A stretch of DNA of 64,000 bases, taken from contig JAZUKV010000010.1 in the NCBI GenBank assembly GCA_045643465.1, positions 6,412 to 70,411 of the forward strand, written 5' to 3'. Position numbers and translations under genes: made by a program. Positions 38,670-47,957 of this stretch are shown here, piece after piece (the stretch's first letter is position 1; every line of letters starts with the position of its first letter). Below the pieces are notes generated by a model, which was not told where the DNA came from, ran no database searches, and saw only the letters and a program-made list of their open reading frames with translations. The stretch is from Clostridia bacterium (GTDB taxonomy: Bacteria; Bacillota; Clostridia; TANB77; CAG-508).

Positions 38670-40517
38670 TTATTCAACAGTTACGGACTTTGCAAGATTT
38701 CTAGGTTTATCTACATCTAATCCTTTTTCTTTTGATATATAATATGATAATAATTGTAGAGGTATTACGGATAAGATAGGAGAGATAAGTGGATTTGTTT
38801 TTTCTATTTTTACAACATTTTCAAAATTAGCATTTTCTAAATCTAAATTAGTAACTATAAATGTTTTTGCTCCACGAGTTATTACTTCTTGAATATTACT
38901 TATAGATTTTTCTACAAGAGCTTCATCTGTTAAAATACTAATTACAGTTATGTCTTTTTCAATTAATGCAATAGGGCCATGTTTTAGCTCTCCTGATGCA
39001 TAAGCTTCAGAATGTATGTAAGAAATTTCTTTTAATTTTAATGAACCTTCTAGTGCAACATTATAATCAGTTCCTCTACCAATGAAGAATACATCTTTTT
39101 CATTATATACTTTTTTAGCAAAATCTTTGACAAAATCAATAGTATTTAGTGATGTTTCTATCTTTTTAGGTAAGTCTAAGATATCTTTTTTCAAATTTTC
39201 TAAAGTTACTTTATCAGTTCTTTCTAATATTTCGGCAAAGTAAATTGCAAGAATACCTAAAAGAACAACTTGAGAAGTGTATGCTTTTGTTGAAGCAACA
39301 GCAATTTCTGGTCCTGCATGAGTATAAATTGTATAATCTGCTTCTCTAGTAATTGAGCTTCCTATAACATTTGAAACTGCTAAAGTTCTAGCTCCTTTTG
39401 ACTTTGATAATTTTAGTGCTGCTATTGTATCCGCAGTTTCTCCAGATTGACTTATAAAAATGCATAATGTTTTTTCATCAATAATAGGATTTCTATATCT
39501 AAATTCTGATGCAACATCAACTTCAACTGGAATATTACATAAATTTTCAATGAATTTTTTTCCTGTTAAACCAGCATGCATAGCTGTTCCACAAGCTACA
39601 ATAAAAATTTTGTTTATTGTTGATAAATATTCTTTAGAAATATCAATATCACTAAAATCTGTTTTTTCACCTAATTTTAATCTAGATCCTATGGTTTCTC
39701 TTATTGCTGTTGGTTGTTCAAATATTTCCTTTAACATATAATCATCATAACCATTTTTTTCAGCAGCTGAAGCAGCCCATTCAATATTTTTAATTTCTTT
39801 AGAATGCTCTTTTAACTCTGCATCATAAAATTTGATAGAATTTTTTTCAATAACAGAATATTCATAGTCATCTAATAAATAAAAGTCTCTAGTATATTCA
39901 AGTATAGCAGGGATATCTGATGCAATATGATATCCTTCTTTTCCAGCTCCGATAACTAAAGGGCTATCTTTTCTTACAACTATCATTGTATCAGGGTTTA
40001 AGTTTGATAGAACTTCAATTGCAAAGCTTCCTTTTAAATCGCTAGTAGCCATTTTTACTGCATTTAATAAATTTAAAGTAGTGTTTTCTGATTTATCTAT
40101 TTTTTCATAATAGTAGTGAATAAGATTAGGTATAACTTCAGTATCTGTTTGTGATAAAAAGTTATAACCATTATCCATTAAAAGTTTTCTTAAATCATTA
40201 TAATTTTCAATGATTCCGTTATGAACTACTGCAAAAGTTTCACTATTATCCATATGAGGATGTGAATTTTCTTTTGATGGTTTTCCATGAGTTGCCCATC
40301 TTGTATGAGCTATACCAATAGTTCCTGCTAAATTATTAATTTCATTATTATTATTTAAATTATTAACTCTTCCTTTGTCTTTTATAACTTTTATTTTAGA
40401 ATTTTCCATAGAAGCAATTCCTGCAGAGTCATAACCTCTATATTCTAACGCTAAAAGTCCTTTAATTAAAATTGGACATGCTGTTTTATTTCCAACATAA
40501 CCTACGATTCCACACAT
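38670..40517 (-). CDS. glmS: Glutamine--fructose-6-phosphate aminotransferase
   Basis: MCGIVGY N-terminus (Cys2 nucleophile) and two SIS domains. Ends KPRNLAKSVTVE. Confidence 0.97.
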   Translation of the reverse strand: MCGIVGYVGNKTACPILIKGLLALEYRGYDSAGIASMENSKIKVIKDKGRVNNLNNNNEINNLAGTIGIAHTRWATHGKPSKENSHPHMDNSETFAVVHNGIIENYNDLRKLLMDNGYNFLSQTDTEVIPNLIHYYYEKIDKSENTTLNLLNAVKMATSDLKGSFAIEVLSNLNPDTMIVVRKDSPLVIGAGKEGYHIASDIPAILEYTRDFYLLDDYEYSVIEKNSIKFYDAELKEHSKEIKNIEWAASAAEKNGYDDYMLKEIFEQPTAIRETIGSRLKLGEKTDFSDIDISKEYLSTINKIFIVACGTAMHAGLTGKKFIENLCNIPVEVDVASEFRYRNPIIDEKTLCIFISQSGETADTIAALKLSKSKGARTLAVSNVIGSSITREADYTIYTHAGPEIAVASTKAYTSQVVLLGILAIYFAEILERTDKVTLENLKKDILDLPKKIETSLNTIDFVKDFAKKVYNEKDVFFIGRGTDYNVALEGSLKLKEISYIHSEAYASGELKHGPIALIEKDITVISILTDEALVEKSISNIQEVITRGAKTFIVTNLDLENANFENVVKIEKTNPLISPILSVIPLQLLSYYISKEKGLDVDKPRNLAKSVTVE

Positions 40518-40609
40518 GTAAATCACAATCCTTCCTTTTGTAAATTTGATTATGAGTTTTTTATAATATATTCAAAAATTCTCATAATATAATTATGCCG
40601 TTAAGCATT

Positions 40610-40785
40610 ATTAAAAAGATATACGGATTATTAATGCTATGAATATTATTCTGTAACTAACATTGCTATTAGCTTTTGTAAATATTCTAATGACTTAGCA
40701 TAAGCCATAGAGCATCCGCCGAAAAATTCGATAAACTCTAACCTCGTCAACAATATTAAAATAAATATTGCTCTGGCGCTTAATA
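40610..40785 (-). ncRNA. glmS ribozyme (GlcN6P-dependent self-cleaving riboswitch) in the glmS 5' UTR
   Basis: Minus strand reads A-GCGCCAGAGC...GTTGACGAGGTTAGAGTTTATCGAATTTTTCGGCGGATGCTCTATGGC. This matches the conserved cleavage site and the P2/P2.1 core of Firmicutes glmS ribozymes. The 3' limit is approximate. Confidence 0.88.
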
Positions 40786-40902
40786 TTTAATTAAAACCTC
40801 CTTATTCATAAATTTTTAGTATATCTTAATATGGTTATTATAGTATATTAAAAAGAATTAATAGTCAATGAAAAATTTTAACTTGATTAATATTGGTTTT
40901 CA

Positions 40903-40931
40903 TTGACACATAAAAAATCTATATGTATAAT
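40903..40931 (+). promoter_or_regulatory. Consensus sigma-A promoter TTGACA-N17-TATAAT
   Basis: Read directly, 24 nt upstream of the ATG at 40955. Confidence 0.75.
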
Positions 40932-40954
40932 TAATAAAAAATGGAGGTAGCATA

Positions 40955-41425
40955 ATGGAAAATGTAGTAGATGCAAGAGCTTATACATATGCAATGATTA
41001 TATATTTTTGTATAATTGTTATTGTAGCAATGATAGGTACGATTTTATTTATATCAAAGAAAATAGGATTATGGGGAATTTTTTCAAAAGCAGGAGAAAA
41101 AGAATGGAAAGTATTAGTTCCAGTTTATAATCAAATTACTTTATTAAAAATTTGTAAAATAACACCATGGGCAGTTTTATTATATTTAGACTTTATAATA
41201 CCAATTATAGGATTTTTTGCTGGAAGAGATGTAAGATGGGCTACATTAATAATGTTTATAGGATTTTTAGCTTATAGATTTTTAATTTCTATAAGACTAG
41301 GAAGTGCTTATAAAAAAGGAGATGTAATTTCATTTTTAACAGCATTATTTCCATCAATATTTTATCCAATATTAGGATGTTCAAAAAATGAAAAATATAC
41401 AGAAGTGCAAAATGTAAAAAAATAA
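40955..41425 (+). CDS. Small polytopic membrane protein (DUF5684-like, KAGE..W..L.P.YN motif)
   Basis: FSKAGEKEWKVLVPVYNQITLLKI. Paralogous to 43377-43895. Confidence 0.65.
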   Translation: MENVVDARAYTYAMIIYFCIIVIVAMIGTILFISKKIGLWGIFSKAGEKEWKVLVPVYNQITLLKICKITPWAVLLYLDFIIPIIGFFAGRDVRWATLIMFIGFLAYRFLISIRLGSAYKKGDVISFLTALFPSIFYPILGCSKNEKYTEVQNVKK

Positions 41426-41533
41426 CTAATGTAAAAGAGGCAGGAGACTATAGGTCAAATGTCTCATTTTTAATAAGTAATGGTTATAGTATTACCTAAA
41501 AAAACTAAATTTAAATATAAGGAAAATATATAA

Positions 41534-43327
41534 ATGTTTGATATTGAAAAAGAGCTAAAAAAATTACCTGCAAAACCAGGTGTATATATAATGCATGATA
41601 AAGACGATAAAATTATTTATGTTGGAAAAGCAATTTCTTTAAAGAATAGGGTAAGGCAATATTTTAGAAAAACAAATAAAACAAAAAGAATAGAAAACAT
41701 GGTGTCTTTAATAGATCATTTTGAGTATATTGTTACTGAAAATGAAGCGGAAGCATTAATATTAGAATGTAATTTAATAAAAAAGAATATGCCTAAGTTT
41801 AATGTTTTGCTAAAAGATGATAAAACATATCCATACATAAAAATTAGTACGCAATCAGAATATCCAGATGTATATATAACTAGACGTAAGTTAAATGATG
41901 GAGCAAAATATTTTGGACCATATGCAAATTCTGGAAGTGCTAAAGAAATGGTAGATTTAATTAAAAGTAAATTCAAAATTAGGCAATGCAAAAATTTCAA
42001 ATACAAAGATAGACCATGTTTGAATTACCATATAAAAAAATGTATGGCACCTTGCATGGGATATGTATCAAAAGATGAATATATGAAACAAATAAGTGAA
42101 ATAATTGATTTGTTAGAAGGAAAAACAGATAGAATATTAAAATCATTAAAACAAGAAATGGAAGAGGCATCTAAAAATATGCAATATGAAACAGCTGCAT
42201 ATTTAAGAGATAAAATAATAGCTATAGAAAATGTTTCTAAAAAGCAGAAAGTTTCAAATATTGGAGAAAATGATATAGATGTAATAGGTTTAGCTAGAAA
42301 TGACACAGAAGTTTGTATTGAGATTTTCTTTATTAGAAAAAGCAAAATGATAGGAAGAGAGCATTATTTTTTCAAAGGTTTGCAAGATGAAGAGAAAGAA
42401 GAGATTGTTTCAAGTTTTATAAAACAATATTATGTTGGAAAAGAATTTTTACCAAATAAGATTATGATAAAACAAGAAATTGAAGATAAAGATTTGATAG
42501 AGCTTTTATTAACTCAAGCTGCAGAGCGTAAGGTTGAGATTAAGACTCCTCAAAAAGGCGAAAAATTGAAATTAGTTGATATGGCAGAAAATAATGCATA
42601 TATTACTTTGACAAATAAAGAAAAAGATAAAATGAATGTATTAACTGAACTTAAAGAAGTTCTTAAGTTAAAAGATTATCCAAGAAAAATTGAATGTTAT
42701 GATATATCTAATATTTCAGGAAATTTTATAGTTGCAGGAATGTGTGTTATGGAAAATGGAGTTATAAAAAAGAATTTATCTCGTAAATTTAGAATAAAGT
42801 CAGTTGTAAATAATCAAGACGATCCTAAGTGTATGAATGAAGTAATTTATCGAAGATTGAAACATTCGATTAATTGTGAAGATTCAGGATTTGGACGATT
42901 ACCAGATTTAATTTTGGTTGATGGAGGTATAACTCAGATAAGAGCTGCTAAGCAGGCTATGTTAGATTTAAATTTAAATATTCCGATTTTTGGAATGGTT
43001 AAAAATGATAAACATCAAACTAGAGCTCTTATGAATGAACAAAGAGAAGAGCTGATGATTTCTGAAAGTTTGTTTAATTCAATAACAATGTTCCAAGATG
43101 CAGTTCATGATACGGCAATTGGATATCATAGAAAGTTAAGAGATGAATCTATGATAAAATCAAAGTTAGACGAAATTCCTGGAATAGGAGCAACAAAAAA
43201 AGCCTTGTTATTAAAGAAATTTGGTAATATAGAAAAGATATCAAAATCTTCTATAGAAGATTTAATGGAAGTGAAAGGGATAAACGAGGATTTGGCAAAA
43301 GAAATTTTACAAAATTTGACGAAATAA
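41534..43327 (+). CDS. uvrC: Excinuclease ABC subunit C
   Basis: GIY-YIG domain (PGVYIMHDKDDKIIYVGKA), UVR domain, RNase H-like endonuclease domain and C-terminal (HhH)2. Confidence 0.97.
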   Translation: MFDIEKELKKLPAKPGVYIMHDKDDKIIYVGKAISLKNRVRQYFRKTNKTKRIENMVSLIDHFEYIVTENEAEALILECNLIKKNMPKFNVLLKDDKTYPYIKISTQSEYPDVYITRRKLNDGAKYFGPYANSGSAKEMVDLIKSKFKIRQCKNFKYKDRPCLNYHIKKCMAPCMGYVSKDEYMKQISEIIDLLEGKTDRILKSLKQEMEEASKNMQYETAAYLRDKIIAIENVSKKQKVSNIGENDIDVIGLARNDTEVCIEIFFIRKSKMIGREHYFFKGLQDEEKEEIVSSFIKQYYVGKEFLPNKIMIKQEIEDKDLIELLLTQAAERKVEIKTPQKGEKLKLVDMAENNAYITLTNKEKDKMNVLTELKEVLKLKDYPRKIECYDISNISGNFIVAGMCVMENGVIKKNLSRKFRIKSVVNNQDDPKCMNEVIYRRLKHSINCEDSGFGRLPDLILVDGGITQIRAAKQAMLDLNLNIPIFGMVKNDKHQTRALMNEQREELMISESLFNSITMFQDAVHDTAIGYHRKLRDESMIKSKLDEIPGIGATKKALLLKKFGNIEKISKSSIEDLMEVKGINEDLAKEILQNLTK

Positions 43328-43376
43328 TGAAAAAATAGTAAAATTAGTATATTAGAGAAATGAAAGAGGTGTTTTT

Positions 43377-43895
43377 ATGGAATTTTTTATAGTAATATAT
43401 TATGTCCTATATGGTTTATTAGTAATAGGTATGGAAGCTTGTAACATTATAGGAAAATGGAAATGCTTTGAAAAAGCTGGAGAGCCAGGATGGAAAGCAC
43501 TTATACCATTTTATAATTGGGTAGTTTATTACAAAATTAGCGGAATGTCACCTTACTGGTTAATTGTTAATATAGCTTATTATTTAATTACTATATGTGG
43601 TTCAATAATTTATTTAACAAGTTTATTGGTTAATGGGGTTGATGGAGATTTATCAGTTGAAAGCTTTTTAATAGCTACTTTAACTTATGCAGTTATAGTT
43701 TGTGCAGCAGCAGGAGGATATTTAGCATTGAATATAGTTTCATCAATTAAATTTGCTAAAGCTTTTGGTAAAGGTGGAGGTTATGCAGTTGGATTAATAT
43801 TTATACCATATGTATTTTTATTAATATTGGGATTTGGAAATGCAACATATGTAGGACCACATCAAGGAAACAATAAGCAAGAAGTTATATATTAA
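43377..43895 (+). CDS. Small polytopic membrane protein, paralog of 40955-41425
   Basis: FEKAGEPGWKALIPFYNWVVYYKI. Confidence 0.65.
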   Translation: MEFFIVIYYVLYGLLVIGMEACNIIGKWKCFEKAGEPGWKALIPFYNWVVYYKISGMSPYWLIVNIAYYLITICGSIIYLTSLLVNGVDGDLSVESFLIATLTYAVIVCAAAGGYLALNIVSSIKFAKAFGKGGGYAVGLIFIPYVFLLILGFGNATYVGPHQGNNKQEVIY

Positions 43896-43989
43896 AAAAT
43901 GGGAAAGTATTTTTATTTGTTAAACATTTAAAAATACTTTTTTGATTTTTATAGAGATTTGTGCTATAACAATATAATAGGAGGTCAAA

Positions 43990-44697
43990 ATGGTAGTTGA
44001 AAAAGATTTTTTTGTAGGATATAGAGCAGCAGATGTTAATTTAAATATGAAAAATAGTGCAATTCTTGATGCTTTTCAAAATGTAGCGGGGTTACACGGA
44101 AAAATTGCTGATGAAAAATCAAATAATATTGGATCTGTTTGGCTTTTAATTTCATATAAAGTGAATGTGATTAAGAGACCTAAATTTGGTGATAATCTTA
44201 AGGCATATACATGGTCAACAGATATAAAAGGAATTGAGTCTGTAAGAGAATTTGAAATTAGAAATGAGATGAATGAATTAGTAATTACTGGAATTTCAAA
44301 TTGGGTTCATTTAAAGGATAATAAATTAGAAAAAATTCCAGAGCAGTTAATTGAGGCATATGAATTAGAGCCTCAAAAAACAAATTATAATGAAATGAGA
44401 TTAAAAAAGCTATTAGATCCAGAAGATTATTTGTATAGTAAAGATTATATAATTGATTGGAATTGGATTGATTTAAATAATCATATGAATAATACTTATT
44501 ATTTGGATTTAGCGGATATGTTACTTCCAGATGAATTAAAAAATATTAAAGTTGAAAGTTTTGAAGTATTATATAAAAGAGAAATAAAATATAAGGAAAA
44601 AGTAAAATGTTTTTATTCTGAAAAAGATGAATCTAAATTTATTACAATTAAGAGCGAAGATTTGAACACATTACATGCAATTATTAAATTGAATTAG
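43990..44697 (+). CDS. Acyl-ACP thioesterase family protein
   Basis: Double hot-dog layout, WLLISYKVNVIKRPKFGD, and a second half with IDLNNHMNNTYY (D.N.HVNN-like). Confidence 0.7.
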   Translation: MVVEKDFFVGYRAADVNLNMKNSAILDAFQNVAGLHGKIADEKSNNIGSVWLLISYKVNVIKRPKFGDNLKAYTWSTDIKGIESVREFEIRNEMNELVITGISNWVHLKDNKLEKIPEQLIEAYELEPQKTNYNEMRLKKLLDPEDYLYSKDYIIDWNWIDLNNHMNNTYYLDLADMLLPDELKNIKVESFEVLYKREIKYKEKVKCFYSEKDESKFITIKSEDLNTLHAIIKLN

Positions 44698-44741
44698 TAT
44701 AGTATTATAGATTTATAAATTATGATAGGTGGTGCAATGAA

Positions 44742-45245
44742 ATGAAAATTATTGTTATTGGTTGTCCAGGATCTGGTAAAAGTACATTTTCACAAAAAAT
44801 AAGTAGTGCTTTAAATATACCATTATTTCATCTAGATATGTTATACCATAATACAGATGGTACACATATTTTAAAAGAAGAGCTTGAAGATAAATTAAAA
44901 AAGATTTTCAGGGAAAATGAAAAATGGATTATAGATGGTAATTATCAAAGAACGCTTGAGATGAGAATTAAAGAATGCGATACAATATTTTTATTGGACT
45001 ACCCAATTGAAGTTTGTTTAGCAGGAGCAGAATCTCGTATTGGGAAAAAGCGTGATGATTTACCATGGGTAGAGGAAAAGTTAGATGATGAGTTTAAACA
45101 ATGCATTTTAAATTTTTCAAAAGAAAAATTACCACAAATTTATGAGTTATTAGAGAAATATAAAGAAAGCAAAAAAATTGTAATATTTAAAAGCAGAGAA
45201 GAAGCCGATACATATGCATTTTCTGATTTATTAGTATATAACTAA
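44742..45245 (+). CDS. P-loop NTPase/kinase (adenylate-kinase-like, FlaR-type)
   Basis: MKIIVIGCPGSGKSTF Walker A motif. About 167 aa. Confidence 0.7.
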   Translation: MKIIVIGCPGSGKSTFSQKISSALNIPLFHLDMLYHNTDGTHILKEELEDKLKKIFRENEKWIIDGNYQRTLEMRIKECDTIFLLDYPIEVCLAGAESRIGKKRDDLPWVEEKLDDEFKQCILNFSKEKLPQIYELLEKYKESKKIVIFKSREEADTYAFSDLLVYN

Positions 45246-45296
45246 TTTAATTAAAAAATTAGAATTGCCCCCAAATTGCCCCATAAAGAAAAATAA

Positions 45297-45326
45297 AAGC
45301 CTTGAAACGTTGATATTTCAAGGCTT
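45297..45326. terminator. Bidirectional hairpin between convergent units
   Basis: AAGCCTTGAAA / TTTCAAGGCTT. Confidence 0.7.
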
Positions 45327-45339
45327 AATATTAAAATAA

Positions 45340-45423
45340 TGGTGCGGATGAAGGGACTTGAACCCCCACGTCGTTGACACTGGTTCCTAAGACCAGCGCG
45401 TCTGCCAGTTCCGCCACATCCGC
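45340..45423 (-). tRNA. tRNA-Leu (anticodon TAG), long variable arm
   Basis: Reverse complement GCGGATGTGGCGGAACTGGCAGACGCGCTGGTCTTAGGAACCAG...GGGGGTTCAAGTCCCTTCATCCGCACCA. Anticodon loop CTTAGGA. Confidence 0.9.
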
Positions 45424-45438
45424 ATCTGAACTTTATTT

Positions 45439-45468
45439 ATATTAGCACAGATTAATATTTCTTGTCAA
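45439..45468 (-). promoter_or_regulatory. Sigma-A promoter TTGACA-N18-TAATAT for tRNA-Leu
   Basis: Minus strand boxes at 45468-45463 and 45444-45439. Confidence 0.7.
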
Positions 45469-45583
45469 TACATTTAATATATTTTTTTATAATTCAATGT
45501 ATGTTATGAATTAAACATAGAGTATTGGCAAAACTTTTAGAGTGTGATAAAATTTTAATAACGGATTTAAGGAGGATATAATA

Positions 45584-45718
45584 ATGAGAGAAAAATATTT
45601 TGAGGATTTAGGATTGGATGATGGAATAGATATTTTAGATAAGTTTAATATTGATGTAGATGAGATATTAGATAAAGAAAACGATAATGAACAAGTTTCA
45701 AAAGATGCCAAAAAGTAA
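45584..45718 (+). CDS. Unlisted small acidic protein (44 aa)
   Basis: AAGGAGG RBS 8 nt before the ATG. MREKYFEDLGLDDGIDILDKFNIDVDEILDKENDNEQVSKDAKK-stop. Strong terminator at 45727-45753. Confidence 0.6.
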   Translation: MREKYFEDLGLDDGIDILDKFNIDVDEILDKENDNEQVSKDAKK

Positions 45719-45726
45719 AAAAGGTA

Positions 45727-45753
45727 AAGCGAATGGGAAACCATTCGCTTTTT
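45727..45753 (+). terminator. Rho-independent terminator
   Basis: AAGCGAATGG-GAAA-CCATTCGCTT plus TTT. Confidence 0.8.
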
Positions 45754-45905
45754 ATCATAAAAAGGAATAAAAAAATTTGTATTTTTTTGTAGATTTATGA
45801 ATTACGATAAAACTAGACATAATTTAAGTATATATGATATAATTATCCTACTGTTGAAAGAGAGCTACGAAAAGAAAAATGAAAAAAAGAAAAGAAGGTG
45901 CTTTT

Positions 45906-47276
45906 ATGGAAATTCCTGTACAAAAAAATAAGGAATATATTGTTGATATAATTGATAATGGATTTGAAGGAGAAGGTATTGCTAAAATAGATAATTTTAC
46001 AATTTTTATTGATGGGGCAATAAAAGGAGAAAAATGTAAAATTTTAATTATGAAAATAACTTCATCACATGCTTTCGGGAAATTATTGGAAATATTAGAA
46101 GAGTCAGAATACAGATGTATGCCTGATTGTCCAACATATAAAAGATGTGGGGGATGTGATTTGCGTCATATTGATTATGAAGAAACTTTAAATATAAAAC
46201 AAGAGAAAGTACAGAATTTAATAAATAAAACATTAGATAGCAAGATTAATGTTGAAAAAACAGTAGGAATGGGAAATCCATATAATTATAGAAACAAAGC
46301 ACAATATCCAATTGGAACTGATAAAAATGGTAATAAAATTCTAGGTGTTTTTGCTAAAAGAACACATGAAATAATTCCAATAGAAGATTGCAAAATTCAA
46401 AAAGAAATTTCATATGAAATAGCAAAATATATATTAGATTATATAAAAGAAAATAAGATAAGTGTTTATAATGAAAAAACTCAAAAAGGATTAGTAAGAC
46501 ATATTGTTACAAAAGTAGGAATCCAAACCAATGAAATAATGTGCATTATAGTTATAAATGGAAAAGAGCTTCCAAATGAATTAACTTTGGCAAATAATAT
46601 AATTGATAAATTTCCAATGGTAAAAACTGTTGTAAAAAATATTAATACAGCTAATACAAATGTTATAATGGGAAATAAAAATAAAAGCATTGTAGGAAGA
46701 GGATATATTACAGATATATTAGGCGATTATACATTTAAGATTTCTCCAATGTCTTTTTATCAAGTAAATCCAGTACAAGCAGAAGCACTGTATAATATAG
46801 CTATAGAAAAAGCAAATATCAGCAAAGATGATATTTTATGTGATTTGTATTGTGGTATTGGTACTATAGGAATTTTTGCATCAAAGTTTGCTAAAAAGGT
46901 ATATGGAATTGAGATAGTTCCACAAGCAATTGAAGATGCACACATTAATGCAAAATTAAATAATATTAATAATATAGAATTTATTTGCGGAGATGTTGAA
47001 GACGCTTTTGATCAATTGATAAAAAAAGAAAAGGTAAAACCTAATGTGGTTATTGTGGATCCACCAAGAAAAGGCTTAGATAATACTACTATACAAAATA
47101 TTATGAAATTAAAGGTAGATAAGGTAATATATATTAGCTGTAATCCAGCTACAATGGTTAGAGATTTAAAAATGTTAGAAGAAATTTACGATGTAAAAGA
47201 AGTTCAGCCAGTAGATATGTTTCCATTTACTTCGCATGTTGAATGTGTGGCGTTGATGGGTCGTAAGGAAAGTTAA
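45906..47276 (+). CDS. rlmD: 23S rRNA (uracil-5-)-methyltransferase RlmD/RumA family
   Basis: TRAM domain, 4Fe-4S Cys cluster CPTYKRCGGCDLRH, SAM motif DLYCGIGTIG, PPRKG, and catalytic Cys in YISCNP. Confidence 0.9.
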   Translation: MEIPVQKNKEYIVDIIDNGFEGEGIAKIDNFTIFIDGAIKGEKCKILIMKITSSHAFGKLLEILEESEYRCMPDCPTYKRCGGCDLRHIDYEETLNIKQEKVQNLINKTLDSKINVEKTVGMGNPYNYRNKAQYPIGTDKNGNKILGVFAKRTHEIIPIEDCKIQKEISYEIAKYILDYIKENKISVYNEKTQKGLVRHIVTKVGIQTNEIMCIIVINGKELPNELTLANNIIDKFPMVKTVVKNINTANTNVIMGNKNKSIVGRGYITDILGDYTFKISPMSFYQVNPVQAEALYNIAIEKANISKDDILCDLYCGIGTIGIFASKFAKKVYGIEIVPQAIEDAHINAKLNNINNIEFICGDVEDAFDQLIKKEKVKPNVVIVDPPRKGLDNTTIQNIMKLKVDKVIYISCNPATMVRDLKMLEEIYDVKEVQPVDMFPFTSHVECVALMGRKES

Positions 47277-47493
47277 GAAACCGTTGATATTACTGCGTTA
47301 TATCGTTTCGATAAAATTGAAAAAAAGCTATAAAATTAGCAAAAAATTAGTCAAAAATTGACCAGTTTGACATAATTAAAAACAACCTGGTTAAAGGTTG
47401 ATTGGTCAAATTAAATAAAAAATAAGTTAAAGTTTTTCTCTAAATAAAGCATTTTTATGCTTTATTTTTTTTGAAAAAAGATTTGGAGGTAAT

Positions 47494-47856
47494 ATGAACG
47501 ATTCAAAAATTAAAAATAAGATATATAAGATTAATGAAAAATCATTAAAGAAATTTGATGAAATAATAATGGATTCAATAATAGGATTAACTATTTATAA
47601 TAAAGCTGATAAAGATATGTTACAAAGATTAACTTTGGCACATATCTCTTTTTTTATTGAAAGTGATTTTAAAAAATTTGAAACTCTCTCAGATGAGGAA
47701 AAAGATTTGTATTGTAAAATTCTCTTTGATGGAATATATGAATTATTTGAAAACGATGAAGATAAAAGAGTTATTAAAGATTTAATAAAAATATTATATA
47801 TTTTTTTAGATTGCTTTTTAGAGGTGAATTTGAGGGAGGTGATGCTAAAAGTATAA
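47494..47856 (+). CDS. Hypothetical protein (120 aa)
   Basis: GGAGG RBS and host-like codon usage. No family recognised. Confidence 0.55.
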   Translation: MNDSKIKNKIYKINEKSLKKFDEIIMDSIIGLTIYNKADKDMLQRLTLAHISFFIESDFKKFETLSDEEKDLYCKILFDGIYELFENDEDKRVIKDLIKILYIFLDCFLEVNLREVMLKV

Positions 47857-47957
47857 TGAAACGCACAGAAGAAAAATTATGATAAGGGATAGTTACTCTA
47901 GTTAGTTATGAAAATGCCACAAAATCGATTGTGGTGCGAAGTGAAAGGTAGGATTAT

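Noticed and set aside
47857-47957. Expected an S-box/SAM riboswitch directly upstream of metK.
   Set aside because: No conserved SAM-I, SMK or other SAM-class core motifs are recognisable by eye. Only a short CCACAA/TTGTGG hairpin is present.
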